A stretch of 64,000 nucleotides of DNA from Octopus vulgaris (GCA_951406725.2 OX597817.1:157728001-157792000); one strand, 5' to 3'; numbered from the stretch's first letter, positions 27,832 through 41,035 are shown. Translations and numbers: made by a program. The notes: generated by a model from the sequence alone, not told the origin.

Positions 27832-28743
27832 TTGTACTCACCCACTTAATAAATAAATTTTGGGCATAAGTGTGCTGCCACACGACTTAGTTTCTTCATA
27901 ATGTTCTAAAAAAAAAGGTGTCTTTTAATGAAATTTACTACAAAAGCCTTTCAGATGGTGTAGATTATGATTACATCACAATTTAATGTATGTGGAAAGA
28001 ATGGGGTATTTCACGAATGAAAGAATTGTTAGCGGCAAACTGATAAGTTGTGTTTTCAATTTTATATTTTTATTAATCATTCAATTTATTTTCTTGCTTC
28101 CCAACTACATTAAAATGAGCAGAGAGAAAACAAAGTTGTACCAGCAAAAATTCCAAAAGGAATGGCTTAAGATGCCAGCGTTTACTAAGTGGTTGTGTGA
28201 AGTACCTAGTGACCAATTTAAAGCACACTGCAGATATAGTAGATGTAATATGTTGGCAAAATATTCTCTTTTAGTAAGCCACTGTGAAGTAAAGAAACAT
28301 AAGGCATTGACTCCACAGCAAATGATTCTTCTTACCAATTATATTAAAACCAAAAATGATAAGACATCTATGCTTGAAGCAAATTTAGCAATGTTTATTT
28401 GTTGCCACTCATCATTTAATAGATGTGATCACTTAATTATATGTCTGATAGTGATATTATATCCAAAGTGAAGTTGCAACATACAAAATGTGCAAATATC
28501 GTGAGAAATGTTCTAGTTCCATATTTTGATGGAGATTTGATTTCTGATATAGGAGATAGAAAATTTAGCCTGTTACTAGATGAATCCAATGATATATCGA
28601 TAAACAAGTTGTTAGGAATTGTTATCAAATATATTGGCACTCACAAAAAAGTGGTACATACATATCTCAGTATGGTATTTTTAGAAACATGTGATGCGGA
28701 TGGCATTGTAGATGCATTAAAAATTGAATTAGTGAAAAAGAAA

Positions 28744-29138
28744 TCTTTATATATAAAAGAGAGGTTGTGTGTCTGTCTCCTACGATTTAGATTCCTAACT
28801 ACTCCCACATTTTGCGGTGCAGTTTAACCAAAACCGGGTATCTTATAGTCGTGATTCATATCGAGCCCTTCTGGGTATTAGCGCGTGTCTACGATGAGTC
28901 TACGATTTTTAAAATAATTTACCATAATTTTTTTCCATTTTAATGTATTTTTTCGCTATTATATAAGGGAAGTAACTCTAAAAATGTCTACGATGAGTCA
29001 ACGATTTTAAAAAAAATGTACCATAATTTTTTTCCATTTTTAATGCATTTTTTTGCTATCTTTTGGCTATAACTCTCTAAAAAGGCTTATATAGTTATTT
29101 CCCTTACAAACCCGAGCAACGCCGGGCGATACTGCTAG
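28744..29138 (+). mobile_element. Non-autonomous Helitron
   Basis: 5' TC, 3' CTAG, subterminal hairpin cccgagcaacgccggg, inserted between A and T with no TSD; removing it restores the hAT frame (VKKK|LDIKNLLAIGTDN). Confidence 0.92.
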
Positions 29139-29671
29139 TTAGATATAAAAAATTTACTGGCTATAGGAACCGACAATGCTAGAGTAATGATAGGAGTCAA
29201 CAATGGTGTTTTCCAGAAATTAAAAGAAATTCCATCATTACTTCTATTTAGATGTGTATGTCATTCTTTACAGTTGGCAATATCCAACACTTGTGCTGAA
29301 TGCTTGCCCATAAATTTAGAATTTTTAGTACCCGAAACCTATAATTTTTGCCTACAAACAACTTTACCTTGCTATCAATGATAAAGAGCCTTTGAAGATT
29401 GAGAATTCTTGTACAACTAGGTGGCTGTCAATAAAACCAGCGGTAAATAAAATTTTAAGCCAATGGTTTGAATTGCAAACTCACTTCCAAACTACAACTA
29501 CAAAAGAAAAATACTTTACAGCACAAACATTACATGAAATGTTTTGTGATTCTAGGAAGGAACTTTATCCTTTATTTTTGCATCCAGTTTTAAAACATTT
29601 TCAAGAGTGAATAAACTGTTTGAATCAAACATTGTCGACAAAACAAAATTGCTTGAAGATCTTTCAAATCT

Positions 29672-30913
29672 GTTGACAACTAAGTTCCTGCTGTTTTTTT
29701 AAATTAAAATTTTTTAAAAGGTTTAATAAAAAATTACAATTAATTAATCAATGATATATTCAGCCTTGTTGTTTACAACTTCTTCCCAACGTTCAACAAG
29801 ATTTTCAATATTTCATTGGTAGAAATCACCCGATTTTGACTTGAAAAATTGATCCAACCAAGCTCTCAATTCTGCATCAGTATTGAACGAAACTCCGTGC
29901 ATAGCATTTGAAAGAGATCAAAAGAGGCGGAAATCCGTTGGTGCCAAATTAGGAGAGTATGGTGGGTGTGGCAGCACTTCCCAGCCATGCATTGGCAATA
30001 TGAGGGCAGGCATTGTCGTGCAGCAGAAGAACTCCATGCTGCCGATTAGGTCTTTTCTCTTGAATAGCTGTGTTGAGTCATTCCATCTGTTGAACATAGA
30101 GTTCCACATTGACCATTTGGTTCTGTTCAAGCAATTCGTAATGGATAATCCCTCCAGGTCCCACCATATGCACAACATTGTTTCATGCGCAGTGTCACTT
30201 GTTTACTGGGGTTAAGCCATTCCTTACACTGCTTCATATAGATGTACAGGCACCATTTTTCATCACCAGTAACGATTTGGTAAAGAAATCGTTGCTAGTG
30301 TCCATGAGTTGAGCAGTGACAAGCAAGCAAACCAGCGGAGATTGTGGCTCGTTGATTTTTGTTGTTGTCACTTAAAGCATGCGGAGCCCATGCACCATAC
30401 TTCTTAACCTTTTCCATCAAGTGAAGATGCTTCTCTATAGCAATGTGGGAGCATTCCATTTTCTCTGCCGGTTCCCATGTCGTTTGATGAGAATTTTTGT
30501 GCAAAAGTTGATTTAATCGCTCTTCATCGACCTCAACTGGACAGCAAGAACGAGGTGTGTCTTTTAGGTCAAAATTTGCATTTTTGAACTTGGCATACCA
30601 ATCACGAGCGATTCTTTCAGCTATGGCATCCTCTCCATACACAGCACAAATGTCATGAGCAGCTTTTATGGCCTTAGAACCTTGGTTAAAAGCAAAAAGA
30701 AGGAGGTGTTGATAATGCTCATTTTTATTAACTTGACATTCCATTTTAATGATCTGAAAATAAACAAAAATTAGCTAAAATTAACTAGAAAAAGACAAAA
30801 TAAATTCCAAAATGATTCAAAAATAGAATTCTCGAAAAAATAGATTCCAAAATTTAAAAATGCAATAAATTCTAAAATTTTAAAACATGGTGGGAACTTA
30901 GTTGCCAACCCAA
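29672..30913 (-). mobile_element. Mariner (DD34D-type) transposon with degenerate transposase
   Basis: ORF from 30744: HTH ...VYGEDAIAER..., GAWAPHALS, MLCIWWD, WEVLPHPPYSPNLAPTDFRLF; TIR ttgggttggcaactaagttccc with TA at right, clipped copy at left. Confidence 0.93.
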
Positions 30914-31892
30914 TAGAATCGATCCTCTTGATCTGGATGCTTCTATTGAAAAATTTCTGGATCCTAAACCAAATTTATGCTACAGGTTTGAGAGAAAGAT
31001 AGCAGAAATGATTATCAAGAAGACTGTAACAGCCACCGAAGAAATAATATTCGCAACAGAGCACGATTTTTACTCTGCCTTTATAAAAGAGCTCAAGCAC
31101 CATTTGCCAGGAAATAATATACTGAAGAATATCAAACGTTTTTCAGTAGAGAATATTTTGCTGCATTTAAATGAAGGAAAAACTGCTTCAATTGAAATTC
31201 AGTTTAATAGCATTCATTTAGTTAAATGGACAAATAAGTCTAATACTGAGGCATTCTGGCTGGAAGTCTTGGAATATAAAGATGCTACTGGAGGAAATCC
31301 TTTTAGAGATGATGCAAATTTTGCCATTAATCTATTGACATTGCCAAACTCAAATGCAGAAGTTGAACGGTTGTTCAGTAGTATGGGTGTAATCAAATCA
31401 AAATTGAAAAGCAAAATGCATTTTCCTATGCTTAGATCAATACTGTCTGTAAAATATGGCCTGAAAAGGTATGGCAAATGTTACAAAAACTTTGATATTC
31501 CAAAACACATAATTAACAAGATTGGGACCTTGGATGTATACAGAAGTCAAAACCTAGGTACTGCAGCTGAAAGTCATCAAATCAGTGACATTCAGGAAAT
31601 TATTTCTCAATATAATAAAAGAAAGTTAATAAAAATGTAAATAAAAATTAAGCTTTTTGATATAATTAGTCTTTAGCATTTTTTGCCATATTTAGCATTT
31701 CTTTGGTATTTTTTCTGCTGAAATTTAGCATAAAATTCTGATTTAAGTTGGCAACACTGATTAAAAGAGTTAAATTCTTTTGATTCAATACCTCAACACA
31801 TTGTTGATGTTTGGCCCCCTCAATGGGGATGGTTGGATTTGTTATAAAAATGTTATCAGATTCGTTAAGATGTTTAATTTTTTTGTTTTCAT

Positions 31893-32281
31893 ACTCTCTC
31901 TTTACTCTTTTACTTGTTTCAGTCATTTGACTGTGGCCATGCTGGAGCACCGCCTTTAGCCGAGCAACTCGACCCTGGGACTTATTCTTTTTGTAAACCC
32001 AGTACTTATTCTATCGGTCTCTTTTGCCGAACTGCTAAGTGACGGGGACGTAAACACACCAGCATCGGTTGTCAAGCACAGACACACAAACACACACATA
32101 CACATATATATATACATATATACGACAGGCTTCTTTCAGTTTCCGTCTACCAAATCCACTCACAAGGCATTGGTTGGCCCGGGGCTATAGCAGAAGACAC
32201 TTGCCCAAGATGCCACGCAGTGGGATTGAACCCGGAACCATGTGGTTGGTTAGCAAGCTACTTACCACACAGCCACTCCTC
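31893..32281 (-). mobile_element. SINE family C, full length
   Basis: Matches 7643-8030. Confidence 0.9.
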
Positions 32282-32515
32282 ATGTTTATTAATTTTTTCA
32301 GTTTTGTATGATTTGTTATAAAAATATTATCAGATTCAATAAGATGTTTCATCTTTTCACTATTTATGTTTATTATTCTTTTCATTTTCTTTTTATTTTA
32401 TTTTATTGAGGGTTAAACAATTTTTGTAATTAAAGGAGATAATCAAAAGTACCAATATTTCTCGTAAAACTGGGGATGGGGAGATAACCCAATTTTTAAT
32501 GGGGGTGAGATAATT

Positions 32516-32649
32516 GACAGATATTTGTCCTCATCTTGTTTGTTGTTAACACAACGTTTCGGCTGATATACTCTCCAGCCTTCATTAGGTGTCTTGGGGA
32601 AATTTCAAACCTGGGTTCTCATTCCTAAGGTATTTTTCGATGCTGTTGT

Positions 32650-32690
<41 letters not shown>

Positions 32691-32858
32691 TTACTATTAC
32701 TTTTATTATTATTATTATTATTACTCAGGTCACTGACTGGAATCAAACTTGGAATCTTGGTGTTAGCAGCCTGCATTCTTAACCACTATGCCATATGCCC
32801 GTTGGTTAAGAGCACGGGCTACTAACCCCAAGATTCCAAGTTCGATTCAATGCAGTGA

Positions 32859-32903
<45 letters not shown>

Positions 32904-33035
32904 CAACAACATCAAAAAATACTTTAGGAATGGGAACCCAGGTTTGAAATTCCCCCAAGACACCTGATGAAGGCTGGAGGGTATATCAACCAAAACATTG
33001 TGTTAACAACAAACAAGAAGAGGACAAATATCCAT
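32516..33035. mobile_element. Head-to-head inverted dimer of a tRNA-headed element carrying hammerhead-like motifs
   Basis: Arms are reverse complements; tRNA-like heads at the centre (~32725-32862), trinucleotide linkers, HHR-like motifs at 32548-32593(-) and 32959-33004(+). Confidence 0.8.
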
Positions 33036-33084
33036 CAAATGTAAATAATGTACATAATTCCTCATCTCTTAAATATAGAACTCT

Positions 33085-33275
33085 ATCATAATTTAACATC
33101 TGTTTTCCTTGTTGCCATGGCTGAACAATTTGACAGGAGCTGACAAATCAGAAGTCTGAACCCAGTTCCAATGTCTATTTTGTCATGGCACTTGTGGCTG
33201 GATGCCCGTCCTAACACCAACCGTTTTACAGAGTGTACCAGGTGCTTTTTTACGTGGCACCAGCAGCAGTGAAGT
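33085..33275 (-). mobile_element. Diverged family D tail
   Basis: gctggatgcccgtcctaacaccaacc...ggtgctttttacgtggcacc. Confidence 0.6.
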
Positions 33276-33778
33276 CACTAAATAATTTACAAGAAGAAAA
33301 AAAAACCTTTCAAGTGTGTGGGGAGTAGAATTTGAGAGGGTGGCTTTGTGTCAGGAGATGAGAGGTTGGGGCATGAATGGAGGGACAAAGACAGGTGTCT
33401 TGTAGTAAAGGAAATACATGGCTACCCCAGAAAGGGATAAAGAGATAGAAGGTGGAGAAAGAGGTGTAAAGATGGTGAAGATGTGATGTGGTGGGGTATA
33501 TTCAAGTTGCAGGGAGGTGTGTTTAAGTGAAGTATTGGTTTCAAATTTTGGCACAAAGCCAGTAATTTGGGGGTGGGGATAGGTGTAAGTCAATTATGTT
33601 AACCCCCTGTGTACAAATAAGTTTATTTATTGGCCACACAGGGCTGCACACAGATGGGACAAGTTACAGGGTAGAGCTTTTCTTTTGGGGGATGAAAAAA
33701 AACAAAAAACGAGGTGGCGTAGGTTTTCGATCAAAAGGGATCGTAAAAGGGAAAAAGAAGAAAAAAAAAAATAGAAAG

Positions 33779-33975
33779 GGTACATCTATAAGTGCAAGTA
33801 GAATTGTGGATAAAATTGCATCCTCTCCTTTAGCACACCCAATGAAATTAGTAGACTTGATGACATGCAACATCAGCTTTTCAACCGTTTTTCTCTTGTA
33901 CTGTTGGATAGTTCTATTTGCACATACTTTTTATAATGATAACATTGTGGGCGAAGATGTTTAAGCTCTAACAAA
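33779..33975 (-). pseudogene. Helitron PIF1-like helicase C-terminal remnant
   Basis: LSNSTR..VEKLMLHVIKSTNFIGCAKGEDAILSTILLALIDVPF resembles the recalled Helitron consensus LCNGTRL.VKKL..HVIEA.ILTG.AKGE.VFIPRIPL.P.D.PF. Confidence 0.65.
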
Positions 33976-34459
33976 ACAGTATTTTCAACATGGAAACGTA
34001 TTTCCAATTGAAATGCAAATTGTTCTGCCAAAATTACCTGAGGCACAATCTGCTAAGTTTCAGATTTTAATAGAAACCATTCAGCTACATCAATTCAAAT
34101 TGCAACATCGAACTTCTATTCAGGCGACCACAACAATAACAAGAAGATGATTACAATGATGATACTTATTTCTCTGAAGGATTACTTTTTCTTCGTGTCA
34201 ATTTTAGTAGAATTGAATTCCCGATTAATAATGCAGAGTTCTCTCCCTTGCAGATGTTTTCTCAACTTAAACTAAGAATTTTTAAAACTTGAACCTAGAC
34301 ATTAACATCCTAATCAGACTAATTCGTACTACTATCTCGTGTTTTTAGACATTACAAGAGATGCAATGAAAAAAAGACTGTAGCTTTAACGAGTCCTATA
34401 TGTACATAGAAAGAGGTAAAATATTTTACTGTATGCAGAAGATACAATGTATAATTCTT

Positions 34460-34620
34460 TCTTATTTCTTTATTGCCCACAAGGGGCTAAACAAGGACAA
34501 AGGGATTAAGTCGATTACATCGACCCCAGTGCGTAACTGGTACTTATTTAATCGACCCCGAAATGATGAAAGGCTAAGTCGACCTCGGTGGAATTTGAAC
34601 TCAGAACGTAGTGGCAGACA
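34460..34620 (-). mobile_element. SINE family B fragment
   Basis: Core and tail match. Confidence 0.8.
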
Positions 34621-35247
34621 TGTATTATTCTTTCTACTATACGCATAAAGCCTGAAATTTTTGTGGGTTGGAGCTAGTTGATTTCATTGACCCCAGGGTT
34701 GGACTCGTAGTTTAGCTGCTATGCATCGAAGCCTTCAATAGAGAAATCATATGCAGGAAAAAGGAAGTGCTGCAACAAAGGCCTAAATAGATGGAACATC
34801 CAAATTCCCAAGAGCTTAAGTGTGCTGTAAGAACCTGTTATTCTTCAAATCTGACTCAACCAACTTCGTTACCATCTAGCAAGAAACATATATATTACAT
34901 CTCCAATATACATAAATAAATAAATCATGATCCAAGATATGATTCTAACAGACAAAAGCTGTAGCATGTTGTACAGACTCAGGGTAGTTCTGTTTGAATA
35001 GACCTATGAGTAAAAACATTCCAGCTGTAATCATCTTGATTTTGTTTTTTACTTACATTATATCCAGGGTAACATTATCCAATGTGCCTTTCCACTTTTT
35101 AAAATGGCAGAATGGGATTTCATAAGAAATTTTGCTGTATTTTTCGTTGCTCAAGGAATCATGTGTTCTTCCTCTTTAGTCTATAAAGTTGTAGTTTAAC
35201 TTGTTCATGGAGACCATTGCGTAGATATTTGAAGGGGTTCTTTTTTC

Positions 35248-35445
35248 TTTAGACTAGATATGGTCAGAATCAGGAGCCAAAATCATCTTGGTCAAGCTGG
35301 CAGTTCCTTATGAGAGCCAAGTGGATGAACAACACCAATGTAAGATGACCAATGCATGATAACCTTGTGAAAAAGCTGACAAAAGAGGGGTACCATTGCA
35401 CAGAACAGCCAGTGGAAGTTGGTGCACAAGAGTTTGTAGCAATCT
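35248..35445 (+). pseudogene. Restriction-like endonuclease remnant of an RLE non-LTR element (HERO/NeSL-like)
   Basis: LRLDMV...LVKLAVPYE...H..K...GY...PVEVGAQEFVA resembles RPD(M)V..IELTVPWE...PVEVGARGF. Confidence 0.55.
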
Positions 35446-35460
35446 TAGTCTGTAAAATGT

Positions 35461-35646
35461 AATGCTCATTTATTCACATTGTTTTGAAGTAATCATGTAT
35501 TATCTTGTAGCTTTGAGGTTTTGATGAGGTGACTTAATTTTCAGAATGACATAGTAGGATTGGTGTGAGAGGCCAGGTCTGGCCAGTTCGAACACAAAAC
35601 AGGTACAATACTTTGGCTGGATATGGCTGGTTTAAATACTAAAGGG
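35461..35646 (-). mobile_element. Partial copy of the piggyBac-type MITE at 49695
   Basis: Ends ...ggtttaaatactaaaggg; interior matches the reverse complement of 49695-49880. Confidence 0.7.
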
Positions 35647-36110
35647 TGTAAGAACACTTCTCCAAAGACTTAAGTAGTGTTCTAATAAATCTTGTACAAT
35701 GGTTTATTACCCAGCTCAGACTGAGTTTGGTTATAAGGTTACCACTTATATATGGTCATGCTTTTCAAATTACAAAGGGAAAAAGATCATATTCTAAGCA
35801 ATCAAAATGGCAAGCTAGCAGAAATATTATTGCACTGGATAAAATGCTCAGTGGCATTTCTTGCAACTCTTTTATCTTCTGAATTCAAATACCACCAAGG
35901 TCAACTTTGCTTTTAATTCTTTGGTGGTTGATTAAATCAGTGCTGGTTGAGCACTGGGGGTCAATGTAATTGACAAGCCCCACTCTCCCTAAAATTACTG
36001 GGCCTTCTGCTAAAGTTTGAAACCATTTTAATGTGAGCCATGTCCTAAATGTCCAATTTTTGTTGTAGTAAAGAATATATAGGTCCTTATTAAGTAACCA
36101 TTACAAGATA

Positions 36111-36360
36111 GTGGAGGCGCGTGGCTTAGTGGTTAGGGTGTCAGCATTGTGATTGTAAGATTGTGGTTTCGATTCCTGGACCAGGTGACACGTTGTGTTC
36201 TTGAGCAAAACACTTCATTTCATGTTGCTCCAGTCCACTCAACTCGCAAAAATGAGTAACGCTGTGATGGACTGGCGTTCCGTCCAGCTGGGGAACACAT
36301 ATGCCATTGAAACCAGGAAACCAGGCCCATGAGCCTGGCTAGGCTTTGAAAGGGCACATA
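36111..36360 (+). mobile_element. tRNA-derived SINE related to family A
   Basis: gtggaggcgcgtggcttagtggttaggg...gtttcgattcc head; TSD-like attacaagat flanks. Confidence 0.75.
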
Positions 36361-37241
36361 TATTATTATTTTATTATTACAAGATCAAGAGTTAGAAAGA
36401 GGGAATGTGTGTTTATGTAAAAATTACCATACAATGTTAATGAGCATTCATTTCAACAAGCTAAGCTTGTAAGTGTAAGTTTTGCTTGATTCTCAACTAA
36501 AGCCATTCCATGTGATATTTGTTAGAATCATTTGAATAAAACTTGAGTATCAAAACTTCCTAAGTGTTGCTCACACTTACTCAAAGTACTGCTTGATAAG
36601 TGAGGTAGGCAGTGTTTTATATATCGCTTCTAAACCAGCCACGTAGATAAGTTAAGCAACTGCTCATAACTTGCAAATACAGAACAAAATTTGAAGAAAA
36701 CCTGCTTATAGATTGCAAAAGACCAAATTAACTAATCAAACATATCCACACTGTATTATTCATTGCTGGATTCCAGCAATAGTTTCTCTATCAGAACAGC
36801 TACAACAATGTCATGTACCCATGATTTTACTCGAATAAGAATGAGTTTTGATAATTTATCCCCAAGGCATATTTTTCTCTATTTCAGTCTTTTAATGATC
36901 AATGTTTTAAATATACTGGCAGGAGCTTAGCTATTTTTTTATAATGCAGAAGATGAATCCGAATTATTTGATTTCTCAACACTTGTTTTTTTTATGTAGA
37001 CAAGTCTGCATTTCTATGTATTTACTGATCTGTTTCAAACCATGTCAGAAGTTTGAAGTATTATACTTACTTGATGATATCAAAATACGTGAGAAACATG
37101 TCTGGAGTTTTTTCTCATAGCTATTAGAAATAGATAAAAACCAGTCATTCATTAATATTGTGGTTGTCTTGTATATTGTGGTTGTCCATGCGTTAAATAC
37201 GATGACACCCACTTAGTTCAGGTGCACCATAATTACCTCCC

Positions 37242-37264
<23 letters not shown>

Positions 37265-37278
<14 letters not shown>

Positions 37279-37900
37279 ATATATATATAATGAAATTATT
37301 GTATACAGTGCTCAGGTGCACCACAACTTGTCAGAAAGTGCATATAAAGAACATGCAGTAATGTAGAAATGTCTGGAAAGCGAACAAAGTATGAGTCAGA
37401 TACATGCCTGTGTGTGTATGGAGGGGAGAAAATCAGGTGTAGTGTTGGCGAATCTCAGAAAGCATGGAAGTTTTGAAGGATGCAGTGCTCCGACAACTAA
37501 CAACTGATGCTGGCAGTTTGTTCCATGCTTCAGCAACTCTCAGCGTGAAAAAATGTTTCCTGAAGTCATGGGAGCTGTGTTGTTTTCTGACTTTGTAAAT
37601 ATGTCCACGGGTGTTAGATGGGTGGAGTTTGAAAAGGTGCTCAGAGTTAGTGTTTGTACGATGGTTGATAATTTTATGGGTTTCTGCCAAGTCAGCTGCC
37701 AGACGTCGGAGTTTCAATGTGTCCATGCCCAGGGAAGTAAGGCGTTCAGGATATGGCAAATGCCTGATGGAGGGTATTCTTTTGGTTGCACGTCGCTGAA
37801 CAGCTTCCAGACGATTGATATCCTGGGCAAGATAGGGGTTCCAGACCGGTGATGCAAATTCCAGGTGAGGTCTTACCATAGCTATATAAAGCCGCAGATA
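37265..37900 (-). pseudogene. CR1/L2-like LINE 3' end (RT C-terminus plus UTR)
   Basis: MVRPHLEFASPVWNPY...LEAVQRRATK...YPERL...FFTLRVAEAWNKLP; tail copies at 38163-38210 and 43375-43500. Confidence 0.92.
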
Positions 37901-38574
37901 TATAATATATATGTGTGATTTTTTAAGCCCATGACACGGCCTTCTCTGAAACAGTAAGACACAATAAACAGCCTTGAAATGAGCAACACAAATTTTTTAT
38001 TAGCTACGGCGATTCTGTATTATTAAGCAAATTACTTATGATGTCCTGAGGGCAAGACATCAGAAATAAGGAAACTATCGAACCTTCATGTTATAGTTTA
38101 AATTAATTCATGCTTGAATATAGATTGTTGGTTTTTAGTCACCATTAGGCGGGCCACGAAATAAGTTGTGGTGCACCTGAGCACTGTACACAATAATTTC
38201 ATTATTATTTTAAAAGGATAATTGAGATATATTCTGCTTTAAAATGTCCACTTTGTCTATAGTTAAACAAAAATAATCAGTAGGGAAGTTTGTTGTAGAA
38301 ATGATATGAAATAAATTTATAATTACCATCAGCTTGAATTTAAAGACAAGGATATAGTGATTTGTAATATTCAGATAAATACAAATAATTGAAAAAAAAA
38401 AAAAAACCCAAAAAAAACTGAGATACAAGAAGATTTAGATATTGGGTGAAACAATAGTCAAAGTAGTTCTCTGGATGCTGGGTTTCATAGGAAAGAAAAA
38501 ATTATGCAGGATAGTGAGGTGTGAAAATATGCCTGACTGGAAAAATAAATGTTACAACAGCAAACATCAATGGT

Positions 38575-38790
38575 ATATTCTTTTTATTCTTTTACTTGTT
38601 TCAGTCATTTTGATTGTGGCCATGCTGAAGCACCACCTTTAGACAAACAAATCGACCCCAGGACTTATTCTTTGTAAGCCTAGTACTTATTCTATTGGTT
38701 TCTTTTGCTGAACTGCTAAGTTATGGGGACATAAACACACCAGCATCGGTTGTCAAGCGATGTTGGGGGGGGGGAAATACAGACATAGAA

Positions 38791-38835
<45 letters not shown>

Positions 38836-39103
38836 AGAGATAATGGTATCATTGAGACCCAAAGGTGTCATGTAATGCTGAATAAGTGCTATAGACAGAC
38901 CATAGTTAAGTTCCAGATTCGGTAATATTGCGAATAAAGGGTTCAACATTGGTTCTATGTCAGCGTGTGTATATATGAATTTTTTGCATAGTAAAATAAA
39001 AAACCAAGGCTGTATAGATCTTAGAAACAGCTGTAAGACCTGCTATCTATAAATGCTCTAATGTCTATACAGCCTTGGTTTTTTTATCTTATTACACAAA
39101 AAA

Positions 39104-39142
<39 letters not shown>

Positions 39143-39308
39143 CAACAGGTTTCTTTCAGTTTCTGTCTACCAAATCCATTCACAAGGCTTTGGTCAGCCT
39201 GAGGTTATAGTAGAAGACACTTGCCCAAGGTGCCACACAGTGGGACTGAACCTGGAACCATGTGGTTGGTAAGCAAGCTACTTACCACACAGCCCCTCCT
39301 GCGCCTAT
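38575..39308 (-). mobile_element. SINE family C split by ~270 bp of sequence within its internal microsatellite
   Basis: The two halves (38575-38834 and 39108-39308) match the 7643 copy. Confidence 0.75.
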
Positions 39309-39844
39309 ACGTGAAAATTAAACAATCTTTTTACTGTTTACAGCAATGAACAAGAATACTTCATACTACTTATTTACTGCTGGTTGAATTAAGTAAAGAA
39401 TCGCAGCCAATGACATCGTGAAGTGCTGACAATAAGATACAAACTGTTGACCTTTTAGTCGAGAAGGTTGAAATTCTGTCAACTTAATTAAACAAGCTGC
39501 AATGTTTCCTGCAAATATAAACAAACTTTAAATAAGATCCGATGACTGAAGTTTGCTCTTTACCATTTGCTTGGTAAAGAGTAAGATGCACGACTTTGCT
39601 AGCTTCAAGTTGTCTGATTGAACCTCCACAAAGAAAAAGAAGCTTCATTCTTACTGTACAACTTATTAATTTATCTCCTCAGAGTTTAGCAAAATTACTA
39701 ACCATTGAGAAAGAGAATTAACAAGCTTCTATAATATATCAACAAGCAATTATGTAATTTCAATGGTTAATTTACTGACAAGACTCTATGTTTTATAAAA
39801 CATAGAATACCAAATATATTTTCTGTATTATCTTTTATCTTATA

Positions 39845-40234
39845 CTAGCAGTATCGCCCGGCATTGCTCGGGTTTGTTTCGACCCTTTAGAATTGGAATT
39901 TTTGAAAAGTAAAAATTTTGCATTATGTAGCTTGTTATTCTCTTTAAGTGAACATTTTTCTGGTTGAAATACACCGATAAATGGTGACACAGCAGTCAAA
40001 ATATCGTAAAAAATAGGAATTTTCATAGAAAAAAAGCACCTTTTTGATGTAAATAATTTTTGGTGTTAACATGGTCCGATTTGAATTTTTTCTTCTACGG
40101 AAGGAAGAGCAAGCCTTCTTCTATCATATTTTCAATTTTGGTCAACTTGCGCCGCAGGGTCTCAGAGGAGCTAGTGTTAGTTGAAGGCTACCAAACCTGT
40201 CATACACAGACAACTTCAGCTTTATATATATAGA
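39845..40234 (-). mobile_element. Non-autonomous Helitron (same termini, different interior)
   Basis: Reverse complement begins TCTATATATATAAAG and ends cccgagcaatgccgggcgatactgCTAG at an A^T site. Confidence 0.85.
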
Positions 40235-40235
40235 T

Positions 40236-40620
40236 TTGTTTCAGTTATTGGACAGTGGCCATGCTGGGGCATCACCTTGAAGAATTTTTAGTTGAATTTA
40301 TTGGCTTCAGTACTTATGTTTTTAAAGCCAGGTACTTATTTTATTGTTCACTTTTTGCCAAACCACTAAGTTATGGAGATGTAAACACACTCCCACTGGT
40401 TGTCAAGTGGTTGTGGTGGGTGGGGACAAACACACACACACACACACAAAGCACACACACACACGATGTTCTTTCAGTCTCCATCTACCAAATCCACTCA
40501 CAAGGCTTCAGTTGGCCTAAGGCTATTGAAGAAGACACTTGCCCAAGGTGCCATGCAGTGGGACCGAACCCCAAATCATGCGACTGGGAAGCAAGTTTCA
40601 TACCACACTGCATGCCTGCA
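40236..40620 (-). mobile_element. Diverged SINE family C
   Basis: Matches the 7643 copy with more substitutions. Confidence 0.8.
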
Positions 40621-40855
40621 CCTGTCTGTCTGTCTGTATGTATGTATGAATGCATGCATGCATGGTTGCCCTTGCATACAGGCTCATCCTTTGCAACCCT
40701 CTCCAGCTGAGTATCCCTAATCTTGCAGGTTCGTAAGTGCTGGTACCATGTAAAAAGCACCTATGCTGTGCTGGGTAAAAGCATTCAGTACACGCTGTAT
40801 GTATGTATGTATATATATGTGTGTGTGTGTGTGTGTGAGTATATATATATATATA

Positions 40856-41035
40856 TCATGCTCGGAATGGTCAGTGGCAAGAGAGGAAGAGGCCGACCAA
40901 GAACCTGCTGGCTTAACACCATCAGGAGTGATACCAGAATGGACATGGCCAATCTGAAGGATGCAACCCAGGATAGAACTGACTGGAGGACACTGATCCA
41001 ACGAGTGACCGAGAGTCGACTTCGACTGAGTGGAT
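40856..41035 (+). pseudogene. RTE/BovB-like LINE extreme C-terminus
   Basis: MLGMVSGKRGRGRPRTCWLNTI...ATQDRTDWRTLIQRVTESRLRL. Confidence 0.8.

Larger units (their letters stand above)
28115..31640 (+). pseudogene. hAT transposase interrupted by a Helitron and a mariner
   Basis: N-terminal Zn-finger-like region, FSLLLDESND (catalytic D), GTDNARVMIG, CVCHSLQL (CxxH), TRWLS, NAEVERLFSSM; right TIR-like end gttggcaacactg at 31747-31759. Confidence 0.92.
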
